A program made the translations under genes and the position numbers. From positions 1 to 39,555 of IMG/VR virus record IMGVR_UViG_3300045988_046971: 39,555 bases of DNA. One strand, 5' to 3'. Numbering within the stretch: the stretch's first letter is position 1; the number at the start of each line of letters is the position of its first letter. The DNA is from a virus. Positions 32,967-39,555 of the stretch are shown here, one piece after another. The notes under the pieces are model-generated. The model made no database searches, was not told where the DNA came from, and saw nothing but the letters and a program-made list of their open reading frames with translations.

Positions 32967-33203
32967 TCATGCCTCTTCCTCGATATAAAACGGGCAATCG
33001 GCACCGTCGAAATATACTGCGTCGGGCTTGATGTTGCCGAGGCGGCGCTCGTACGCCATGCAATACGACTTGTCCGGCGAGTCCTCCCACGGCGCCGGGC
33101 CGTGTGCGTTCGCACAGGTCCGGCATTTGCGGGGGTTGTGTTTCAGGCAGCCAAACGAGTCGTCGAGCTCGAGGTTAGATACTTTCTGTTTCTCAATCGC
33201 CAT
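32967..33203 (-). CDS. Small Cys-rich protein immediately downstream of the MuF-ART gene (78 aa)
   Basis: ATG 33203 after AAGGAG. Cys pattern C..H....C..C...H....C....C. Confidence 0.6.
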   Translation of the reverse strand: MAIEKQKVSNLELDDSFGCLKHNPRKCRTCANAHGPAPWEDSPDKSYCMAYERRLGNIKPDAVYFDGADCPFYIEEEA

Positions 33204-33211
33204 GGTACTCC

Positions 33212-35830
33212 TTATTTGTATTTGCTCTTCGAGCCGGTCCACTCTTTGGGATCCTGCTGGAACTTATCGTAACCCTGTTCGGGGTGCAATTCCATCACGA
33301 CATGCATCTTGCCGTCGGTGCCCTTATATACGTCGGTCGCCGTGTAGTAACCGCCGCGCTGTAGAATCATCTCCGACTCGTGACCGAAACTTTTTTGTTC
33401 CTTCTTACCATCCCAGCTATGCCCGCTGTAGTTGGCGCCAGAAAACGCTGAAAATGGCTCCGCGTACATCATCTCAGACCCAGCCGGGCAATAGATTTCC
33501 ATGGCGACAGGCTTGCCGCTGAAACCCTTACCCTTCGCCGTACCGGTTGACACGAACGATTGAATGCGGTTCGACATACCGACGAGCGATTTGAGCTCAT
33601 CAGTATCCATAGAATACAACTCCGATGCATCTATGCCAAAGAACGATTCCATAGCGTTGTAATCGCAACCACGTACGAGCCATGTATCGTGATCATACGA
33701 TGATTTCTCAATGATCTCAGTCATGCGGCGGATCGCGGAGCCCTTGCCCTCAAAATCGATCCACACGTTGCCGACACCCTTGTAGAACTTCTTCTCCCAA
33801 CCGGAACCACCCTGCGACCACGGCTTCTGGAAACCGGACAGCGGGCGGTTCCACGCACCCGAGCTCTGAGTATAGCCGTAAATGCCGTCGCGTTGTGACT
33901 TGGTGGCTTCGCGCCAAACCTTGCCGCTCACGCCACGGAAATGCTCGTCGGCCTCGGCGGGCGAGGTGAACCGCCATGCGTTTGCCTTGCGTTCCTCGCT
34001 GAACGCAGAATCTTCAATGAGTCCGAGGTCGACCATCTGCTTGTGGATCGACTGCCGCTTGAGCTTCAACGTAGCCATGTTGTCGACATGTGCCTTATAT
34101 GCTTGGCCCTGCTTATCGAAATCATCGACATCGTCAATGAGCGTCTGCCACTTCACCAATGCTGCATCGTCGCCGGCATCCATGGCCTTTGACGCCTGCT
34201 CTTCGAAATACTCGAACTTCTTGGGGATCGCCTCTTTCTTCGCATCCCAATCGGCGAGCGTCACGGGGTCTTTCCAGATGCCCGAATATGTCTTATCGGA
34301 ACTCTTCATGAGCTCTTTCAGCACGTCGATCTCGTTGTCGACATCCTTCAGCTGACTATCGAGTGAATTCGCGAGCTTCTGCTCTTTCGTTAGCTTCTCT
34401 GCTTTCCATTCCTCATAACTCATCTTGCCGAGCTTGTTTGCCCGCTCGACCTCGTCATACTCTACGTCGCCGATAACGGGCACGAGCGTGCAGCGGCAAT
34501 TGTAGACCTCAGAGGCAGGCCCATCCGGGTCACCCGGGTACTTCAGCCCGTTGCTGAACTCGGCGTCGAGCTTGACCACTTCGCCGTCGAGGTGGCGATG
34601 GCTGCCGCGCGTACGCGAGTCGAGTGCCGCGAGCCATTGCTTTTCGACGTCGATACCCATACCGGCGGCGCGCTCGTAGCCCTTGAGCTTACCGAGCGAG
34701 TGCGCACTCGTCATGGCAGTGCGTGCCGCCTTCATCGCAGCGCGCTGGTCCATGGCGGCGATGCCTGCGATCGATGCGGCGAGCTGCGGGATCGTCTGCC
34801 CCTGCAGTACTGCCTGCGTCACCGCAGACGTGACGTGGCGGCTGTTCCATGCTGTGTCCTTCGCCTTGTCGAATGCCGCATGCGGGAGCAAATCGGGCTC
34901 GTTCGCGACGAGCTCCATGACGGTGTTCTTGTTGTACAGCGTGAACGACGTGTTCGCCTTGGCGCCGTGTTCGATCTCATACGTCGCGAAGTTCATGCCC
35001 TCTGCATACACGCCTGCAGGCACTTGGTTGACATACGCCATCGCCATCTTGTCGGCGGCAGTGAGGTCCTGCGTCAACGCTTTCTTAAGGGCTTTAAGCT
35101 GGTCATTATGCAACACCTGGTCCTTGCGCCAGGCAGCATATGCCTTAGCGTCCTTCTTGCCCGCGGCGACATCTGCCTGCCATTTAGCATCATCGGCCAC
35201 GAACTCCTTGAGCGAGGACTCAATGCGGGAGGTCATGCCGTCGATCGCATTGGCGTAGGTGAGCTGCAGCTTCCCCTGCAGCTCCTGCGCCTGCTTCTCA
35301 AGCAATTTGGCCTGGGTGCTTTCCTGCGACTTCGCTGCCTTCGCGGCGAGTTTCTTGCCTGCCTTGCCGGCACCGTCCTTCGACTTGTAGCCGTTCTTGA
35401 AAGTGCCGTCGGGCATCAGGTAACCGTAAGTGCCGTCCGTGAATGTGTTAACGGTATAGCCGCCTTTGTCCTCACTCTTCAGGACCTGCGGGCCCTTCGG
35501 CTCTGCGGCGGCGAGCTTGGTGGCTGCCTTCTTGGCGCCGTCTTTCGACTTATAGCCCTCCTTGTGCTTGCCGCCGTCCGTCATGTAGCCGTAAGTGCCG
35601 TCTGAGTACGTATCGATCTGGAAGCCGTCGAAGTATTGCGTCTTGGTGACGGCCGCAGGGCCTGCGGCTTCTTCCGGCACGAGCTCATACCCGCCGAATT
35701 CCAAGGCGAGTTCGATCGCTTTCTCTTTCGTGGGGAATGATGACGGCGTCGTATAGCCTGCGCTCGTCACATACTTCCACCCAGAACCATCCTGGATAAC
35801 GGGGATCTCGTCGATTGAATGGATCTTCAC
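33212..35830 (-). CDS. MuF/SPP1-gp7-like minor head protein fused to a C-terminal ADP-ribosyltransferase (R-S-E type) domain
   Basis: 872 aa; GTG start 35830 after AAGGTGG. MuF core LDSRTRGSHRHLDGEVV...YNCRCTLVPV (aa ~255-455). C-terminal domain has LVRG (R720), VSTG (S761-T762) and HESEM (E818-x-E820), preceded by YGYTQSSGAWNRPL. Confidence 0.8.
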   Translation of the reverse strand: MKIHSIDEIPVIQDGSGWKYVTSAGYTTPSSFPTKEKAIELALEFGGYELVPEEAAGPAAVTKTQYFDGFQIDTYSDGTYGYMTDGGKHKEGYKSKDGAKKAATKLAAAEPKGPQVLKSEDKGGYTVNTFTDGTYGYLMPDGTFKNGYKSKDGAGKAGKKLAAKAAKSQESTQAKLLEKQAQELQGKLQLTYANAIDGMTSRIESSLKEFVADDAKWQADVAAGKKDAKAYAAWRKDQVLHNDQLKALKKALTQDLTAADKMAMAYVNQVPAGVYAEGMNFATYEIEHGAKANTSFTLYNKNTVMELVANEPDLLPHAAFDKAKDTAWNSRHVTSAVTQAVLQGQTIPQLAASIAGIAAMDQRAAMKAARTAMTSAHSLGKLKGYERAAGMGIDVEKQWLAALDSRTRGSHRHLDGEVVKLDAEFSNGLKYPGDPDGPASEVYNCRCTLVPVIGDVEYDEVERANKLGKMSYEEWKAEKLTKEQKLANSLDSQLKDVDNEIDVLKELMKSSDKTYSGIWKDPVTLADWDAKKEAIPKKFEYFEEQASKAMDAGDDAALVKWQTLIDDVDDFDKQGQAYKAHVDNMATLKLKRQSIHKQMVDLGLIEDSAFSEERKANAWRFTSPAEADEHFRGVSGKVWREATKSQRDGIYGYTQSSGAWNRPLSGFQKPWSQGGSGWEKKFYKGVGNVWIDFEGKGSAIRRMTEIIEKSSYDHDTWLVRGCDYNAMESFFGIDASELYSMDTDELKSLVGMSNRIQSFVSTGTAKGKGFSGKPVAMEIYCPAGSEMMYAEPFSAFSGANYSGHSWDGKKEQKSFGHESEMILQRGGYYTATDVYKGTDGKMHVVMELHPEQGYDKFQQDPKEWTGSKSKYK

Positions 35831-35849
35831 GGTAGGACCACCTTAAACG

Positions 35850-37313
35850 TTAAAACATGCCATCGTCGTCATCGTCATCGTCGTCATTCCCGGCAGGTGC
35901 GCCGGTGTTCACCAATGCGCCCATGCGGTCTTCGTCCTCGGCGTCGAGGCGTTCCTTGATCGCCTGCACCTCACTGGGCGAGATGTTCGGCAGCTTACGC
36001 AGGATAGTCTCGCGGTCGAGGTACTGCGCCTCACTCATGACCATGTCGACCTGCTCTTTTTGGTTGCTGATACGCGTGCGCTTGAATACGGGCGCATCCT
36101 CGATACCCATGAGGGTGAGCAGCTGCTGCACGAACTCCGAGACTTGGTATTCGAAATCGCTCGCCTCCTCATCCATAGGCTGGTACGCGGCGTCGATGTG
36201 GTCGTTGGTCGCGCCTGCGGCCACCGTGTGCACGTCGAGCGCACCGAAATCTTCATAGATACCGTCGCGGATCGACTGCAGGTACGCCTGGCGGGCGGCG
36301 TACGGAATCTCCTGGGTATACGCCTGCGCATTGCCGCCGTCGTCAGAGTCGACGAGTGCGACGTGGTTGATCTTCAGCCGGTCGAGGAACTTCTGCAGGT
36401 CCTTGTCGCTCATGCCGCCTGCGTTCGACACGAGCCAGTAGATCTGCGCGCAGTCGGTGAGGTCGTTCGCGAAGCCGCTGCGGATCAGGTCGTAGCTGTC
36501 GATCGCCTGGCGCATGCCAACGAGCGTCGACTGGTGCAGCTTCGAGCCCCACATCGGCACCACTGGCAACGCCGAATAGTTCTCGCCGCCGATGACTTGC
36601 TCAATACCGTCTGCCGGTGTGTAGCTCGTCTTCTCGATATAGGGCCGCTTCTCCTCGACGACGTCGAGGCGTTCGCTCGTGGAGCCGTTCGCGTCTTGGT
36701 AGCTCTGGTAGCGGGTGTAGCCGTCTGCCTCGTAGAGCACGACCTGCATTGGGCGCGACTGGTCGATACGCCAGAAGCGGATACCCGCCTTGAGCGTGCC
36801 GTCGTATTCATCCCAGAGCGGAACGAACTCGGTCAGCGGGAAGACGAACATGCGGTTGAGGTTCCAGAAGCCGAAACAAACACCGTGGATGAGCGCATCG
36901 TATGCGAGCGTGCGCAGGTCATGGTCGAAATGCTTGCCGAGCTTCTCCTTGGTCTCGTCTTTCTTGCCAATCTCGTCGACATCGATGAACGACACGCCCT
37001 GGCCGAGCGAGTACATCGTGCGCTGGGTGTTCAGGCGGTGGAAGAAATTGCTCGCGATCTTGTTGTTGCTCGCGGTGAAATCGACGAGCTTGGACCCGGT
37101 GATGTCGAAGACCTTCTGCACATAGGCGTTGATAGTCGTGTTCTCCTGGCGGTCGTATGCATCGGCCATGCGTGCCGTGCGGTACGCCTTGCCAGCTTTG
37201 TGCCGCTCGATCGCCTCCAATACGAAGCCCTCGCGGTTGGCGTCGCCTGCCTCCACGAAATCTTGGTACGTGAGCATGCGCGACTTGTCGTCGCGTACCT
37301 CGTCCCATCTCAT
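35850..37313 (-). CDS. Portal protein
   Basis: 487 aa; AGGAGG RBS. Located between terL and MuF. Acidic poly-Asp C-terminus (DDDDDDDDGMF). Confidence 0.85.
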   Translation of the reverse strand: MRWDEVRDDKSRMLTYQDFVEAGDANREGFVLEAIERHKAGKAYRTARMADAYDRQENTTINAYVQKVFDITGSKLVDFTASNNKIASNFFHRLNTQRTMYSLGQGVSFIDVDEIGKKDETKEKLGKHFDHDLRTLAYDALIHGVCFGFWNLNRMFVFPLTEFVPLWDEYDGTLKAGIRFWRIDQSRPMQVVLYEADGYTRYQSYQDANGSTSERLDVVEEKRPYIEKTSYTPADGIEQVIGGENYSALPVVPMWGSKLHQSTLVGMRQAIDSYDLIRSGFANDLTDCAQIYWLVSNAGGMSDKDLQKFLDRLKINHVALVDSDDGGNAQAYTQEIPYAARQAYLQSIRDGIYEDFGALDVHTVAAGATNDHIDAAYQPMDEEASDFEYQVSEFVQQLLTLMGIEDAPVFKRTRISNQKEQVDMVMSEAQYLDRETILRKLPNISPSEVQAIKERLDAEDEDRMGALVNTGAPAGNDDDDDDDDGMF

Positions 37314-38587
37314 AATGCGAACCTCCTAGGCCCCTCGTCTGCGCCGCCCATAAACGGCGACTCGTATACCATGTCACGCGGCTTGTACACACGTTTCGTC
37401 CTCACGAAATACCTCAGCGCATCCATGCCGTGGTCGTCGACCTTGACCGGCTTGTCTTGGTCTGCCTTATCATCCCACACATAGCCACAGAACTCACGCG
37501 CCAATTCGGTGAGTGTGTCGCCGATTTTGACCTGCCCCAACTGCATCGCCGATGCGGTGTCGCGCACGCCGTCGTCTACATCGTTGTCAGCCTTCCTCAC
37601 CTTGAAACCGCCGCGCTTTCGCAGCTGCGCGATGAACGACGATGCACTGGGGTCGACGATAACCTCGACGTCTGCGTCCTCGGGTGCGTCATCAGTGAAC
37701 ACGACCAGGTCGTCGACATAGTCGGGGTCTGCCTTCTGCCTGCCTTCCTCGCGGCCTGAGTATCTGTATTCGTCGACCGCATGCCAGGTGCCGGCAGAGT
37801 CAAGCAGCCACTTGATCGCATGGAACGGGTTTTGCGTACCGTAATCGATGCTCACGCAGTAGCCGCGCACGTCTTCAGGCTTCGCAGGCGACCATGTCTG
37901 CTCCTGGGCGTCCTTCCAGTTCGGGTACACGAGGCCCTCGGCCTTCGCCCACAGGCCCAGGATGTATCGGTCGTAGTACACGGTGCCGCGGTACTCCGCC
38001 TTGAGGCCTGCGACATAGGCAGGCGGCAGGAACGGGTTGTCGTCGATCGTGTACCTCTGCACGAACATGTCGATTCCCGGGTCAGCCTCGCCCTTGTCGA
38101 TGAACTGCTTGAGCCAGTGTGTCGGGCCTGCCGGGTTGCATGCGCCGTGGCATTCGCTGTACGGCAGGCTCAGGCGGCTCTTGAGCATCTCGAATACGTC
38201 CGGGTGGATGTCGCAGATCTCGTCGCAATACGCGAACTTGACCTCAGAGCCACGCAGCTTCGAGACCTGACCTGCGTTCTCGGCACCGATGCAGTATACA
38301 CGCTCGCCGAAGATCTCACACCAATTGCGGGCATTGATGTCACCGACGAACTTGTCACCCCACATGTCTCGCATAGGCGTCAAGACGTTTCGCTCGATGT
38401 TCTCCTTCGTGGCACCTAAGATCAGTGCCAGGCCCTTCTTGCCACGCAGTTTGATCAGCCTGTCTGGGATCGTGTACTGCACTGCATGATGGCTCTTACC
38501 AGAGCGCACGGCACCACAGGCGATGTTCCAGCGGTGGTGCGCCTCGCGTGTGTATTCCGCCTGCTTATGCGTCAGGTGTATCTCCAT
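37310..38587 (-). CDS. terL: Terminase large subunit
   Basis: 425 aa from ATG 38587 (GAGGAGG RBS). Walker A GAVRSGKS, followed by nuclease-domain-length C-terminal half. The ORF-track extension to 38683 overlaps terS with Ser/Arg junk. Confidence 0.9.
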   Translation of the reverse strand: MEIHLTHKQAEYTREAHHRWNIACGAVRSGKSHHAVQYTIPDRLIKLRGKKGLALILGATKENIERNVLTPMRDMWGDKFVGDINARNWCEIFGERVYCIGAENAGQVSKLRGSEVKFAYCDEICDIHPDVFEMLKSRLSLPYSECHGACNPAGPTHWLKQFIDKGEADPGIDMFVQRYTIDDNPFLPPAYVAGLKAEYRGTVYYDRYILGLWAKAEGLVYPNWKDAQEQTWSPAKPEDVRGYCVSIDYGTQNPFHAIKWLLDSAGTWHAVDEYRYSGREEGRQKADPDYVDDLVVFTDDAPEDADVEVIVDPSASSFIAQLRKRGGFKVRKADNDVDDGVRDTASAMQLGQVKIGDTLTELAREFCGYVWDDKADQDKPVKVDDHGMDALRYFVRTKRVYKPRDMVYESPFMGGADEGPRRFAL

Positions 38588-39116
38588 CAGCCGCCTCCTC
38601 GATCTGCACGAGCACGTTCTTGACGTCGATGATGTCACCGTCATCAGCCGGGAGCTGGGGCTGCATCGATCTCCAGGCGTCACCGCGTCGGTTGAACAGC
38701 CACATGGCGATGGCCTTCACATCGGCCGGCACATGCTTCTTGACCTTCCTGGTCAACACTTCCCTGCCCGTGTCGGGGTCGAGTGTCCACGTCTCCTCGA
38801 AATAGTCGTACCCCAGTGCACGCTTGAGCAATGCGCCTTCAACCTGGCCGTCTACGAGGTCCTCGGTGATGGTGAGCGCCTTGTCGAGCTCAGGCGACTG
38901 CTGGCGCCATTTCATGAGCGTGGTGTGTGCGACGCCGATCTTGTCCTCGGCGATCGCCTTCACCGACAGCCCTCGGCGCCTCCAGTCGTTGATCAGCTCG
39001 ATGCCGTCCTCGCCGAGCCAATAGCGTTTCCGCTGTATCGCGTTGTTGAATTTGATGTAAGGCAAAATACCCTCCTCGTCTATCGGAATATATTCTACAA
39101 CGCCTGCGGCGGGCAT
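38565..39116 (-). CDS. terS: Terminase small subunit
   Basis: HTH-like N-terminal region (GLSVKAIAEDKIGVAHTTLMKW) and oligomerisation-type middle (ALLKRALGYDY...). Immediately upstream of and overlapping terL. Start ambiguous: ATG 39149/39140/39116 lack an RBS, whereas TTG 39065 follows GAGGAGGG. Confidence 0.75.
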   Translation of the reverse strand: MPAAGVVEYIPIDEEGILPYIKFNNAIQRKRYWLGEDGIELINDWRRRGLSVKAIAEDKIGVAHTTLMKWRQQSPELDKALTITEDLVDGQVEGALLKRALGYDYFEETWTLDPDTGREVLTRKVKKHVPADVKAIAMWLFNRRGDAWRSMQPQLPADDGDIIDVKNVLVQIEEAADGDTPDA

Positions 39117-39132
39117 TCGAATGTACGCTCGG

Positions 39133-39224
39133 CTGTGCATACTGTGCATACTGTGTATATGCGGTATACACAGTCAGGTGTTCTGGGGCCTTTCGGTTCG
39201 CGCGACTGTGTATATCGTATATAC
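39133..39224. repeat. CTGTG(C/T)ATA 9-mer repeats at the 5' edge of terS (pac-site or late-operator candidate)
   Basis: Tandem ctgtgcata (39133-39141), ctgtgcata (39142-39150) and ctgtgtata (39151-39159). Inverted copy tatacacag (39165-39173). Fourth direct copy ctgtgtata (39206-39214) followed by the palindromic gtatat-cgt-atatac. Confidence 0.55.
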
Positions 39225-39284
39225 CTACTCTTCAAAATTGAAACGCTTCAATAAGTTAGTCGAGGTCAACATATACGCCTTCAA

Positions 39285-39500
39285 CTACCTGTCAAACACC
39301 TGTCACACATGTGTCACACCGCTTTTTTCGATTTATCTGCACCGTGTGACAGGTAGTCTCGATAAAACGCGACGTAGACGCATGTTTTTGCAACTACCTG
39401 TCACACTGTCACACTGACATGCTCCCCTATACCCCGATATTTTGAAAATATATACTTATCTAATGATAGATATACCTATAGAAAATATCTAATATAGGGG
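39285..39500. promoter_or_regulatory. Iteron + AT-rich module A, right half (continues into 1-115 after circularisation)
   Basis: Cores at 39290, 39301, 39312, 39344 (inverted), 39399 and 39407. aaaacgcgacgtag (39364-39377) is the inverse of ctacgtcgcgtttt at 47-60. AT-rich core at 39421-39500 ending aaaatatctaatatagggg, as in 16973-16991. Confidence 0.65.
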
Positions 39501-39555
39501 CGGCCTGCTGTTTGCCAGTGTGACACTTGGGTACCCAACAATTTACCTACGTCGC
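39501..39555. repeat. Second copy of the 55-bp terminal repeat
   Basis: Identical to 1-55. Confidence 0.95.

Noticed and set aside
1-39555. tRNA or other structured RNA genes, and an integrase/attP site.
   Set aside because: The intergenic spaces are few: 1-338, 4497-4582, 6482-6649, 6896-7005, 16718-17110, 18596-18684, 19318-19387, 21730-21806 and 39150-39555. By eye, none contains a cloverleaf-capable ~75-nt segment. No tyrosine or serine recombinase motifs were seen in any frame. A tRNAscan or Infernal run was not possible, so small ncRNAs cannot be excluded.

Overview
The window is a complete ~39.5-kb genome of a tailed dsDNA phage with a siphovirus-type gene set. Bases 1-55 are identical to 39501-39555, so the contig closes on itself. 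I support about 60 tightly packed genes, often with ATGA-type overlaps and strong AGGAGG-like RBSs. All are on the minus strand except one small cassette at 6650-6895. Read along the minus strand there are two blocks. The late block (39116 down to 17111) runs: terS, terL, portal, a MuF/gp7 head protein carrying a C-terminal ADP-ribosyltransferase-like domain, scaffold, major capsid, connector proteins, major tail protein, a G/GT chaperone pair with a -1 frameshift, tape measure, Dit, two collagen-repeat tail proteins, a holin plus a secreted amidase endolysin, and finally six small uncharacterised genes. The early block (16717 down to 339) runs: XRE-type HTH, SNF2 helicase, VRR-NUC nuclease, a Cas4-like nuclease fused to a Sak4-like ATPase, DUF669, a family-B-like DNA polymerase, primase-helicase, a nucleotide-metabolism module, an ADP-ribosylglycohydrolase flanked by two MazG-like paralogs, and many small Cys-rich proteins. 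The nucleotide module comprises a TMK-like kinase, a thymidylate-synthase homolog with a cytosine-type Asp, a dUTPase and a dCMP deaminase. The two blocks are separated by two diverged copies of a ~310-330 bp non-coding module made of TGTCACAC-type iterons plus an AT-rich core. I saw no integrase, CI-like repressor, tRNA or CRISPR array. Most plus-strand ORFs in the track are antisense shadows. All functional calls rest on motif reading and recalled family signatures, because no searches could be run. Host is unknown; the ChW-like repeats, Dp-1-type holin and a YjcZ-like motif hint at a GC-rich Clostridia-type Gram-positive host.
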